The notes under the pieces: generated by a model
Databases searched by the model: none
What the model was told of the DNA's origin: nothing
Seen by the model: only the letters and a program-made list of their open reading frames with translations
DNA from: a virus
Taxonomy: Duplodnaviria; Caudoviricetes
Length of the DNA: 28,758 nt
Virus record (IMG/VR): IMGVR_UViG_3300017744_004596
Coordinates: 1 to 28,758 of that record
Direction: 5' to 3' (one strand)
Shown: positions 9,276-18,058 of the stretch, in pieces
Numbering within the stretch: the first letter of the stretch is position 1
How the letters are laid out: the number at the start of each line of letters is the position of its first letter
Program-made: the position numbers and the translations under genes

Positions 9276-9694
9276 AGTAAATAGTCTGAACAAATATTAA
9301 TATCTTTAATATTATACTGTTGATTAGGAATTGCAACAATACTTTTACTATCATATTCAATATTCATATCTATACTTTCAGAATGATACCATCTATAACC
9401 ATGTCCTGTTAATACAACTAACTCACTTTCTTGGAAAAAACAGTTAGTTTTTGCTTCTAGCAATTTTATAAAAGCAGCATTATTTTTGCAATGTAACCAT
9501 AATTTATTTTGTAATAAAAAATCAAATTGTATTTTATATTGCGGTAAATCATGACCTAAGTAATACATACCTTTAAGATACCATACATCAGTTTCTACAT
9601 CATATCCTCGATGTAACGTCTCGATAATATATTCAGGGCGATTTTCAAAGTCCGGACTAGGTCCATTTAAATTACCACGGTGTGATATAAACAT
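9272..9694 (-). CDS. Short glycerophosphodiester phosphodiesterase (GDPD/PLC)-like protein
   Basis: ISHRGN..EN..GYDVETDVW..LGHD..WLHCKN..ICSD. Confidence 0.65.
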   Translation of the reverse strand: MFISHRGNLNGPSPDFENRPEYIIETLHRGYDVETDVWYLKGMYYLGHDLPQYKIQFDFLLQNKLWLHCKNNAAFIKLLEAKTNCFFQESELVVLTGHGYRWYHSESIDMNIEYDSKSIVAIPNQQYNIKDINICSDYLL

Positions 9695-9695
9695 T

Positions 9696-10685
9696 TTAGA
9701 ATTTGTGTGTATCTACATCTGTATTATACTTATTGGCTGCAACAAAGATCATTTCATCAAGCATTGTTTCAAAAGTATATGTTGGCTTCCAACCCAACTT
9801 ATTTCTTAACTTGGTAGAATCTCCTTTGAGATGTTCAAGTTCTTCTGGTCGTTCAAATTTTTGCGATGTCTTTACCAACTTATTATCAACACCAAGTACG
9901 TTAAATGTATACTCGACAAGATCTTGAACGGTGTGTGATATACCGGTCGAACAAACATAATTGTCTGGCTCCTCTTGTTGAAGCATCATCCACATTGCTT
10001 TAACATAATCCTTTGCATGACCCCAATCTCGGCTAGCGAGTAGGTTACCTAGTATAAGATTATTCTTACAACCATTCTTAATATCTACTGCACCGCTAAC
10101 AACTTTATTAGTTACAAAGTTTATACCACGTCTAGGTGATTCATGATTAAAGAGAATACCATTACTAATGTGCATACCATAACTGTTTTTATAGTTGTTA
10201 CTAATATTATAGGAAAATACTTTTGCACACCCGTACGGACTTACTGGAGCCATTGGTGTAGTTTCTCTCTGAAAACCATCCTTATCAATATTGTTACCAA
10301 ACATCTCACTAGAAGAAGCTTGGTAAACTCTAGCATTAGGACATGTTAGTCTAATTGATTCTAGAAGATTCAATGTACCAAGTCCGGTCGCCTCGGCCGT
10401 GTAAATAGGGGCATCAAAACTTACACGAACATGAGATTGTGCAGCGAGATTGTAAATCTCATCTGGCTTAGCTTTTTGTAAAACTGATACTAAAGAAGAC
10501 ATATCAGTCAAATCAGCATAGACCAGCTTAACTCTATTAAAAATATGATCGATACGAGTTGTATTATATTCCGGAGAAGAATTACGACGAATAGTACCAT
10601 ATACGATGTAACCTTTATCGAGAAGAAGTTCTGCAAGATAAGAACCATCTTGCCCATTAATTCCTGTAATTAACGCTGTTTTCAT
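9696..10685 (-). CDS. gmd: GDP-mannose 4,6-dehydratase
   Basis: ITGINGQDGSYLAE, YNLAAQSHVRVSF, YQASSSEMFG, SPYGCAK, LFNHESPRRG, RDWGHAKDYV. Confidence 0.96.
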   Translation of the reverse strand: MKTALITGINGQDGSYLAELLLDKGYIVYGTIRRNSSPEYNTTRIDHIFNRVKLVYADLTDMSSLVSVLQKAKPDEIYNLAAQSHVRVSFDAPIYTAEATGLGTLNLLESIRLTCPNARVYQASSSEMFGNNIDKDGFQRETTPMAPVSPYGCAKVFSYNISNNYKNSYGMHISNGILFNHESPRRGINFVTNKVVSGAVDIKNGCKNNLILGNLLASRDWGHAKDYVKAMWMMLQQEEPDNYVCSTGISHTVQDLVEYTFNVLGVDNKLVKTSQKFERPEELEHLKGDSTKLRNKLGWKPTYTFETMLDEMIFVAANKYNTDVDTHKF

Positions 10686-10686
10686 T

Positions 10687-11850
10687 TTAGTACTTCAAAA
10701 TTATATCACAAATTTTATCTACATGTTCAGTAGACATACCTTGATGATTGGGCACATAAAAGCCTTTATTATCAACTAACTCCGCATTACGATTGTTAGG
10801 AGTGTAGTCACCAAACTTTTTCCACATTGGACTCTTACCAATAGAACCAGCAATAAGTGGTCTACACATAATGTCATTAGCTCTAAGCTCTGCAACACAC
10901 TCATTACGATTATCAAGTAATACCGGGTAACAGAAGCTTGAGATAAAGTCACCAGGTCCTTGAGCTAGCTTAATTAAACTATTTGAGTCCTGTAGACGTT
11001 TTCCAAAGTGAATAAAGTTATCATTACGTATCTTAGAAAATCTTTCAATTTTATCTACTTGCTTAAGACCAATTACTGCTTGGAGGTCAGTAGATCTAAC
11101 ATTAAGACCTGGTAGATAAAAGGTAAACAACCTATCAAAGTCATTAACCCCCTCCGCTTCAGCTAACTTCTTTGCTGCCCCCGGATCTATATCTCTATCC
11201 CAGCCATGTGAGCGGATCATAAGAAGTAGATCATTAATTTCTTTATCACTTGTTGATACCATTCCACCTTCAATAGTAGAGATATGATGACCAAAGTAAG
11301 TAGAAAAGAAACTCATACAACCAAATGTACCAAGTTTATCACCTCGAAACTTTGAACCTAAACTCTCACAAACATCTTCAATTAATAGAACGTCATACTT
11401 ATTACAAAGAGTAACAATACGAGCCATGTTAGGAACCAAACCAAGAACTGATACTAGAATAAAAGCTGCTGGTTCTTCGTCCTTAAATAACTGCTCAAGA
11501 TGTTCTAAGTCAGCTGAAAGGTCATGAAGGTTACAATCAACTAAATGTGTTTCCATACCAAGAATAAGAGGTGAGCTAACATCTGTAGCCCAGCTTAAAT
11601 CTGGTACAATAATTTTATTATTTTTTAGTTTTCCTCCAAGCTTAAGAGCAGTAAGACCAAGCAAAATAGCGGATGAACCAGAGTTGACAAACACAGAGTT
11701 GCTAGCACCAAGCCAGTTAGAGAATTTGTTTTCATATTTTTTAGTAATTGGACCTTTTGTAAGTTGCGGTATATCTGGAGCATTAAGCCACTCCGTCAAA
11801 GCTTTTATATCATCTTTATCAATTGTATCTGACACTAACTTGATACTCAT
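10687..11850 (-). CDS. colD: DegT/DnrJ-family PLP enzyme, ColD-like GDP-4-keto-6-deoxymannose 3-dehydratase
   Basis: VNSGSSA, EDVCESLG, STYFGHHISTIEGG (His where aminotransferases have the Schiff-base Lys), RSHGW; adjacent to gmd; start moved to the ATG at 11850. Confidence 0.72.
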   Translation of the reverse strand: MSIKLVSDTIDKDDIKALTEWLNAPDIPQLTKGPITKKYENKFSNWLGASNSVFVNSGSSAILLGLTALKLGGKLKNNKIIVPDLSWATDVSSPLILGMETHLVDCNLHDLSADLEHLEQLFKDEEPAAFILVSVLGLVPNMARIVTLCNKYDVLLIEDVCESLGSKFRGDKLGTFGCMSFFSTYFGHHISTIEGGMVSTSDKEINDLLLMIRSHGWDRDIDPGAAKKLAEAEGVNDFDRLFTFYLPGLNVRSTDLQAVIGLKQVDKIERFSKIRNDNFIHFGKRLQDSNSLIKLAQGPGDFISSFCYPVLLDNRNECVAELRANDIMCRPLIAGSIGKSPMWKKFGDYTPNNRNAELVDNKGFYVPNHQGMSTEHVDKICDIILKY

Positions 11851-11857
11851 ATATAAA

Positions 11858-12481
11858 TTATAAGGTATTTTCCCAAATTGCAAGAGTATGTTTAAAGGGA
11901 TTTCCTTTTATATTTTTAACCAAATCAAGCATTATTTGCGCCAACTCTCTAATTTCTTTTTGGGCATGTTCACTATTACGTAGTTTTTGAAAATTAGCAA
12001 ACGATCTCATATTAAACATAATATCAGATTGAATCATACTATTATATGTTTTAAAGAAACGTGCACTTTCCTTTGCTCTTTTACGGCCTAGAGTTGGTTC
12101 TAATGCTGTAATTGCTTCATGATATAGAGTATTACCTGCTGCGGTATAAACTTCTAATTCTAACTTCCACTCTTCCGGCCAATCATCAGGTATAAATGTT
12201 TTATCTTCTTTTAATTCTTTGTATCTCGCCGATTCGGCATTGAGCGAAGATATTCTATGCTTAAGTAAATGAATATGACTGGCAATATCACAATCAACAA
12301 GGAAATGGACGCTACCCTTTTCAAAAGGGGTCTCGTGTCCGTGGCTCCAAAGCATGTTGATGAGCTTCGGAATTCTCTTTCTTTTCTTTTCATCTAATTC
12401 TCTACTTGTGGACGTCCATGCGCTACATGCAATAACTTCATCACTGCCATAATAACCTAAAAGCTCTACTGTATTACCCAT
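11858..12481 (-). CDS. thyX: FAD-dependent thymidylate synthase
   Basis: HETPFE, HLLKHRISSLNAESARY (ThyX signature variant), ESAR, NMRSFANF, HAQKEIR. Confidence 0.92.
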   Translation of the reverse strand: MGNTVELLGYYGSDEVIACSAWTSTSRELDEKKRKRIPKLINMLWSHGHETPFEKGSVHFLVDCDIASHIHLLKHRISSLNAESARYKELKEDKTFIPDDWPEEWKLELEVYTAAGNTLYHEAITALEPTLGRKRAKESARFFKTYNSMIQSDIMFNMRSFANFQKLRNSEHAQKEIRELAQIMLDLVKNIKGNPFKHTLAIWENTL

Positions 12482-13394
12482 ATACAATACTATTATAAGC
12501 TAACTCTAAACCTTTTGCAAATGATTTAAATTTAAAGTTTGGAAATAAAGTTCTAAACTTTTCATTACTTGCATCCTTGCGGAATTGCCCATCCGGCATT
12601 GACGTGTCGAAGCTTAGAATAAGATCTTTATCCAGAACACTTAGGGCGATTTCTGCCATTTCCCTAATTGACAAAACTACATTATCACAAACATTAAAGT
12701 CTGTCTTAAAATCTCGTTCTAGACCCTGTACAATAATATCTGCGAGATCTGACGCGTGAATAAACTGTCTTAATGGCTTTCCTGTACCAAATAATTCTAG
12801 AACCTTTTCATTGCTTTTTACACAATTATCAATTTTTTTAAGTAACGCTGTAACAAAATGAGCTTTTTTACTATTATCAAAATTATCATACTCACTATAT
12901 AGATTACATGCATACACTGTTGAGTAATCTAAATTATATTTCTTCCTATAGAGTTCAACTTGTGTTCCCATTACACGTTTTGCCATACCATAACCAAAAT
13001 TTGTTGGTGTTGGAGGGCCATTGTGCAAGACATCTTCTTTAAGAGGGTAATAAGTCTCCGGTAATGCATCTGGATATACACAAGTGCTTGATACAGCAAT
13101 AAGTTTTTTAACACCATATTTATAAGCCTCATGAACAACATGCGTATTCATTAAAATATTCTGCTCGAGAAACTCTATCGGGTGATCAATATTCTCTTGA
13201 ATACCACCCACTCTTGCTGCTGCATGAATAACTGCATCAGGCATTATCTCTTCAAACATTTTCCTTACTTGAAACTGAGAGGTAAGATTATAATCGTTTG
13301 AACCTACAAATACACCTTCATGAGATGTTGTACAGAGTTTATCTTGGATATGACATCCAAGCATACCTCGCCCACCAGTAACAAGAACTTTCAT
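12474..13394 (-). CDS. fcl: GDP-L-fucose synthase/ColC-like GDP-4-keto-6-deoxymannose epimerase-reductase
   Basis: VTGGRGMLG, AAARVGGI, SSTCVYP, YGMAK, NLY..DNF..AH, GTGKPLRQFIH, PDGQFRK. Confidence 0.88.
   Translation of the reverse strand: MKVLVTGGRGMLGCHIQDKLCTTSHEGVFVGSNDYNLTSQFQVRKMFEEIMPDAVIHAAARVGGIQENIDHPIEFLEQNILMNTHVVHEAYKYGVKKLIAVSSTCVYPDALPETYYPLKEDVLHNGPPTPTNFGYGMAKRVMGTQVELYRKKYNLDYSTVYACNLYSEYDNFDNSKKAHFVTALLKKIDNCVKSNEKVLELFGTGKPLRQFIHASDLADIIVQGLERDFKTDFNVCDNVVLSIREMAEIALSVLDKDLILSFDTSMPDGQFRKDASNEKFRTLFPNFKFKSFAKGLELAYNSIVYG
12492..12520 (-). promoter_or_regulatory. Sigma70-like promoter TTGCAA-N17-TATAAT for thyX, inside the 3' end of fcl
   Basis: 10 nt upstream of the thyX ATG. 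Confidence 0.5.
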
Positions 13395-13402
13395 CTACAT
13401 AT

Positions 13403-13430
13403 ATTATAAATTATATTAACGTATAGTCAA
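13403..13430 (-). promoter_or_regulatory. Sigma70-like promoter TTGACT-N16-TATAAT
   Basis: 8 nt upstream of the fcl ATG. Confidence 0.65.
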
Positions 13431-14254
13431 CTTTTTTCAATAATACTAGGAATAGTTAGTTCAGCAAGTCTATACTTTTGTGCTAATTTAAAATTTTCTT
13501 TAATTGCATCAAGTTTTGATTCGTATAATTCTGTTGTACATAGAGGTAGTATCTCTGGTAAATGCTTAAGCTCATCAAAGCAAACCATACCATCAATATT
13601 AAAGAAGTCATCAATTGAAGGACATCCCCAATAGATTGGAATAGTACCTGTTACGAAACAATCAATAAGCTTTTCTGTAAACCAATAATCACGATCAATA
13701 TTCTCTATGCAAAAATGGTATCGATAATCTCTTAACCCATCAATTTTATTATCTAGAGGATTATAACCACCGCCAAACACATCTACACGTCCTTGTGAAC
13801 CAGCAATAATTTGATGCCTCAGTTTATGACCTGGAAGTTGCTGCTTAGCAGAAGCAATAATAGAGAAGTCTTTACTCTTTGGGTGTATATCCCAATCAAA
13901 ATCATCAATCCAACAACCACCATAAGGTAGAAGAGTAGCATTAGGTAAAGTTGCTACCAGCTCTACATCATGAGTCCAAATAACTTCAAACTTATCTGCA
14001 TTTTTAATTACAAATTCATACAAGTGAGGAATATAATCATATGCTTCAATTAACCAAGCAATATTTTTACCTGGTCTGTTTAAAGCATTTGGAATATCTA
14101 TATCAGTCCATACAACAATATCATTTTGTGTAAAAGAACCATCTCGTACCCATTCTACTTTGTCAGTAAATTGCTTTGGTGGCATTGGGTTATTTGAAAA
14201 GATACAATGCGCAAAGGCCGAGTCTTGTAAATGTATTTTTAGAGGAGTGTCCAT
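13427..14254 (-). CDS. GT10-like (alpha-1,3-fucosyltransferase-type) glycosyltransferase
   Basis: YRYHFCIENIDRDYWFTEKLIDCFVTGTIPIYWG matches the GT10 FxxxxENxxxxxYxTEK motif. Confidence 0.78.
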   Translation of the reverse strand: MDTPLKIHLQDSAFAHCIFSNNPMPPKQFTDKVEWVRDGSFTQNDIVVWTDIDIPNALNRPGKNIAWLIEAYDYIPHLYEFVIKNADKFEVIWTHDVELVATLPNATLLPYGGCWIDDFDWDIHPKSKDFSIIASAKQQLPGHKLRHQIIAGSQGRVDVFGGGYNPLDNKIDGLRDYRYHFCIENIDRDYWFTEKLIDCFVTGTIPIYWGCPSIDDFFNIDGMVCFDELKHLPEILPLCTTELYESKLDAIKENFKLAQKYRLAELTIPSIIEKS

Positions 14255-15042
14255 CTATCTGGTATAATATCTTTCGGGTTATAACTGTGCGCTGGTCCAA
14301 ACCATTTTTTTGGCGCAACTATAGTTTTATGTTTTAACGGATCCTGCAGCTCACCTAACCAAGCTCCCCACCAACCAAATGACGAGTTGCAGATTATATT
14401 GTTCCTGCATAGAGACATGTGATAGAGGGCTGAAAATGGATTATCTTCTTCAGAATAGTATGTTTTTACATTACCGAACATCTTTTTAGTTGTCTTTATA
14501 TCATCAGAAAATATCATATAATACTTAGATGATGCTAATTTACTTGCATGTGACCAATAATCAGCTGGTTGTGCTGGGTGAAACTCTCTCTTTTTAGTAT
14601 AATCACCGAGTCTAACATGGATAGAGGTACAATTGTCAGGGTTAGGATATATTCCTTCCGCAATCTTTTGATCTACTACCTCTTTAACTGAACTCTTAAA
14701 CTGTAACTGACGTTTTAACTCCGTAGTTACATTTTTAAAATATTTCTCTGATTGAAAATAACCAACCATGTCAGTAAAATCATCTACACTTACATCAACA
14801 TATTCAAAAGGAAAACTAACTTCTCTAAACTTAAGTATATCGTAATCTAAAACCGGTACATCTAAATTAAAACCTTCGAAAATAGAATAATTATTACATT
14901 CATAATTAACATCGTAGTAGGAATTATGTTTAGGGATTGCAAAATCTAGCCCAGTTTTTTTAGACATACCAATCACTGCTGCAAACTGAAATAAAGAGTT
15001 GCACGTATTACCATATCTACCTATCCTTGTTGAAGTAATCAT
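14239..15042 (-). CDS. GT11 (alpha-1,2-fucosyl/colitosyltransferase-type) glycosyltransferase
   Basis: GRYGN..LFQFA, GYFQSEKYF, SIHVRLGDY, FSDD, NSSFGWWGAWL. Confidence 0.88.
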   Translation of the reverse strand: MITSTRIGRYGNTCNSLFQFAAVIGMSKKTGLDFAIPKHNSYYDVNYECNNYSIFEGFNLDVPVLDYDILKFREVSFPFEYVDVSVDDFTDMVGYFQSEKYFKNVTTELKRQLQFKSSVKEVVDQKIAEGIYPNPDNCTSIHVRLGDYTKKREFHPAQPADYWSHASKLASSKYYMIFSDDIKTTKKMFGNVKTYYSEEDNPFSALYHMSLCRNNIICNSSFGWWGAWLGELQDPLKHKTIVAPKKWFGPAHSYNPKDIIPDRWTLL

Positions 15043-15815
15043 ACCGCTGCAGTTTTATGCCATTCCCATTGATTAATGTGATCCTTTAATTGATCAGAAG
15101 TCATTTGCGCAATTTCTAAGTAATAGTCTCTATTAAATTCAATATGTGGATTATGGTTATAAGAAGTTTCACCGCGGGCATGTGTTAAATGCCATAGAGG
15201 CCATTGTGTACGAGCAATTTTTGTACCTAGTTTTTTAAATCGAGTATTTATTTCGTTATCTTCATAACCAACACTCTTAAAGTGTTCATTAGCCCCACCA
15301 CACTTCCAATAATGCTCCCTATCAAACATTACAACCCCACCAACTGAATGTGGATTAAACAGAGTACAATCATCTAAATTTACATTACGAAGATCTTTTG
15401 TTTCATTAATAATATCAAAATATGTTTCTGGTACATCATAAAAATGACCATCATACGGGTATACTAGTTGTGCTTGACCGTTTATAATTGCTTCAGTAGC
15501 TCCAATAATCTGCTCAGGTCTTAAGAGGATATCGGCATCGTAATGAGCAATAACTGGAGTAGTTGCTTCTTTTGCTGCGAGGTTAACTCCTCGTTGTCGA
15601 TTAAAAAATTCATCCGTTTCAATATAGATATGGCGGCATTTGAAAGCCTTACACATATCGTGTAGCTTACTCGATCTATCCTGCTCACTAATAATAATAT
15701 TAGCATCAAAGTGATGCCGTAGATAAGATAAAGTCGTTCGAATATTACGAATACGATCTTCATGATCTACTTTAGCGGCTATCAGAAACGTTAGTTTTTC
15801 TTTTAGATTTTTCAT
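15039..15815 (-). CDS. GT-A glycosyltransferase (GT2/GT7-like)
   Basis: FNRQRGVN, YDAD (DxD), GGANEHFKSVGYEDNE (WGGEDD-like), LWHLTH. Confidence 0.8.
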   Translation of the reverse strand: MKNLKEKLTFLIAAKVDHEDRIRNIRTTLSYLRHHFDANIIISEQDRSSKLHDMCKAFKCRHIYIETDEFFNRQRGVNLAAKEATTPVIAHYDADILLRPEQIIGATEAIINGQAQLVYPYDGHFYDVPETYFDIINETKDLRNVNLDDCTLFNPHSVGGVVMFDREHYWKCGGANEHFKSVGYEDNEINTRFKKLGTKIARTQWPLWHLTHARGETSYNHNPHIEFNRDYYLEIAQMTSDQLKDHINQWEWHKTAAV

Positions 15816-16608
15816 CAATTATTTTTTTATAACGTTTAATAATCTCTACAACTTTTTGCTGCGGAGTATCAGGGACTTTTACTGGTGATACTTTATTCTT
15901 ACTCATAAAATAGTGTGCGGCTGCTTGAATGTTTGATTGCCAATCTGACCGTGGTCTAATTGCTGAAGAGTCTTCTGAACACTTCTGCTCTTGTACAAAA
16001 TCTAAACTGTTAGCAATATCTGCCCACCACCAGTACGGTGTACTAAAGCCGTTCTTAGCTAACTGGTAGGAGTGATCAACATGCTCAAAAGCATTAGTAA
16101 AGTTCTCATCATATAGCCCAACCTTCTCTAAAGATTCACGAGTATAAAAGGTAACAGCTCCTACACAATGCTGATTAAGTGCAATACGGATTTCATCAAA
16201 TGGCCCGTAGTCAAATACTAATCTCGGCACCGGCTTACCATAGCTTACACCAGCTTTATTAGCAGGTCCATGATATGCAAACATAAAGTGATGAATACCA
16301 GTCGTCTTATAAGCACGTATATACTCAGCAAACAAATTACCAGTAAATTTCATATCATCTTCAACAAGAATAATATAATCACAATCCTTATCCAGTAGAT
16401 TTTGTATAGCAGCATTCTTCGCTTTACCAACTCCTACCCCACCAGTTGTACGTATAAACTCTACACCAGGTCGCATTAAAGGATATTCCTCTTTACCATC
16501 ATCAACTACTACTAATTCATCGTACCATTCATCATTAAGAGAGTCAAAGCAAACATTAAACATATCTACCCTATCACAGGTTATAATACCTACACCAATC
16601 TTACTCAT
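15772..16608 (-). CDS. GT2-family glycosyltransferase
   Basis: GIITCDR, VVVDDG, GVGKAKN, LVEDD, VGLYDE..FEHVD. Confidence 0.85.
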   Translation of the reverse strand: MSKIGVGIITCDRVDMFNVCFDSLNDEWYDELVVVDDGKEEYPLMRPGVEFIRTTGGVGVGKAKNAAIQNLLDKDCDYIILVEDDMKFTGNLFAEYIRAYKTTGIHHFMFAYHGPANKAGVSYGKPVPRLVFDYGPFDEIRIALNQHCVGAVTFYTRESLEKVGLYDENFTNAFEHVDHSYQLAKNGFSTPYWWWADIANSLDFVQEQKCSEDSSAIRPRSDWQSNIQAAAHYFMSKNKVSPVKVPDTPQQKVVEIIKRYKKIIDEKSKRKTNVSDSR

Positions 16609-16615
16609 TACCTAT

Positions 16616-16643
16616 ATTTTATACTCCAAAAACACTATTTCAA
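16616..16643 (-). promoter_or_regulatory. Sigma70-like promoter TTGAAA-N16-TAAAAT
   Basis: 7 nt upstream of the GT2 ATG, at the head of the GT run. Confidence 0.55.
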
Positions 16644-16644
16644 C

Positions 16645-16652
16645 TATAAATA
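16645..16652 (+). promoter_or_regulatory. Exact T4 late promoter consensus TATAAATA
   Basis: 5 nt upstream of the ATG at 16658. Confidence 0.65.
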
Positions 16653-16657
16653 TAGAT

Positions 16658-17233
16658 ATGCCATGCGTTGACAATAAAAGTCTAATCTACAATATTAAAG
16701 AATTACCTGAAACTTTTTCTGTAGCTGACGGTGATTTACTTTTAATTGAGACAGAAGAAGGTACAAATATTATGGATTTTGCCAATTTTGTTATTGGTTT
16801 AGATAATACAACGTTTGGTACTACAATTACTCAACATTCTACTGATATTCTTGCTCTTTCTTCTGATTTTACATCCTTATCACAACAAGTCAATACAGAT
16901 ATGGCTACAATAGTTGGGAGTAATACAAAAGCTTTTATTTCTCTATCAGCTCAAGACTTATACGGTCCTAGATTATTAAAAGGTACAAATATTACATCAA
17001 TTGAGTATATAGTTTCTACTCACGTTGTAAGATTTAATTTTGATACAAACCTACCCAACACTAATTATATAATTTTACCAACTGCAGCAGTTGCTAACAG
17101 TACAAACGAACTTGTTCAGTTTACTGAAGCGGATAAAAATACTAACTATGTTGATTTAAGCGCAGTTAACATACTAGATGGTGGGTTAGCCGCAAATGCC
17201 GGTACATTAGGGTTTGAAATTCAAACTTTTTAA
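16658..17233 (+). CDS. Hypothetical protein, probably late/virion-associated
   Basis: Late promoter consensus upstream; IKELP..DGDLLLI N-terminus and T/N/S-rich beta C-terminus resemble fibre/baseplate-associated proteins. Confidence 0.55.
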   Translation: MPCVDNKSLIYNIKELPETFSVADGDLLLIETEEGTNIMDFANFVIGLDNTTFGTTITQHSTDILALSSDFTSLSQQVNTDMATIVGSNTKAFISLSAQDLYGPRLLKGTNITSIEYIVSTHVVRFNFDTNLPNTNYIILPTAAVANSTNELVQFTEADKNTNYVDLSAVNILDGGLAANAGTLGFEIQTF

Positions 17234-18006
17234 AAATTAAAACGATCTGATTCACTAGCATGCCGTTGCGTTCCTCCATCTAAACCAAATTGTTTGAAAA
17301 GTTCCTTTTCTTTTTCTTCTCTCTCCAATTCAGCTTTTTGCATCCTAACTAAACTCTCTAAATCATCAATATTATTAGGGTTTAGAATAGATTCCTCATC
17401 TCCATACATATTACCATCAGGTGTTACATACTCAGCAATCATATCAATACGTGCTTGAGAGTCATCTGGTAGTAAAATAACACATGGTGAGTCACCTTTC
17501 GGGTAAAATACATTAGCATCTGCTTGTGTCATATATTGCATATACAATGTATAGAATATATTATCCATCTCATTAATAAATTTTAGGTCTACATCTCTAG
17601 TACCATCATCAACAACGCTAAATTTTTCATTAAAACGTGTCATAAAAATAATATCCAAAGAACGTAGAGCTTCACGCGACATTGTTATCTGCTTCTCAAC
17701 AAATTCATCAGTAAAACCTTCCATCTCTTTACCATTTGCCCACATTGTATATGCAACGGCATCAAGTGGACACCTATCATAAACGATCTTTTCCTTTAAA
17801 TCTCTACCTTGAACCTGATCTACCAAAAAATCCAATATAAGAGTTTGTGTATCCGGAGTAGTCTTTGAGGAATGCTCTAATTTCTTTTCATTAAGTTTAT
17901 CTCGATATGTTTCTTCTGGTGTTTTATAATTGGACCAGGTGTGTAGAAAACTTTTTACCATAGTAGATTTACCACTGTTTGCTGTGCCACTAAAAGCTAT
18001 TCTCAT
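17230..18006 (-). CDS. P-loop nucleotide kinase-like ATPase (AAA_28/NadR-Ttd14 type)
   Basis: MRIAFSGTANSGKST Walker A, IVYDRCPLD, DDGTR. Confidence 0.75.
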   Translation of the reverse strand: MRIAFSGTANSGKSTMVKSFLHTWSNYKTPEETYRDKLNEKKLEHSSKTTPDTQTLILDFLVDQVQGRDLKEKIVYDRCPLDAVAYTMWANGKEMEGFTDEFVEKQITMSREALRSLDIIFMTRFNEKFSVVDDGTRDVDLKFINEMDNIFYTLYMQYMTQADANVFYPKGDSPCVILLPDDSQARIDMIAEYVTPDGNMYGDEESILNPNNIDDLESLVRMQKAELEREEKEKELFKQFGLDGGTQRHASESDRFNF

Positions 18007-18014
18007 ATTATTAT

Positions 18015-18042
18015 TATTTACAATTTAATTACTTATTATCAA
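18015..18042 (-). promoter_or_regulatory. Promoter-like element TTGATA-N16-TAAATA
   Basis: 8 nt upstream of the kinase ATG; same hybrid form as at groES. Confidence 0.45.
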
Positions 18043-18058
18043 CAAATATCTAGTCTCA

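Noticed and set aside
10687-11850. GDP-perosamine synthase annotation
   Set aside because: The catalytic Lys position holds His (FGHHIST), which indicates a ColD/E1-type dehydratase
4484-16608. Bacterial chromosomal O-antigen or capsule locus
   Set aside because: No wzx, wzy, wzm, wzt or initiating transferase; interleaved with phage hallmark genes and T4-type late promoter motifs
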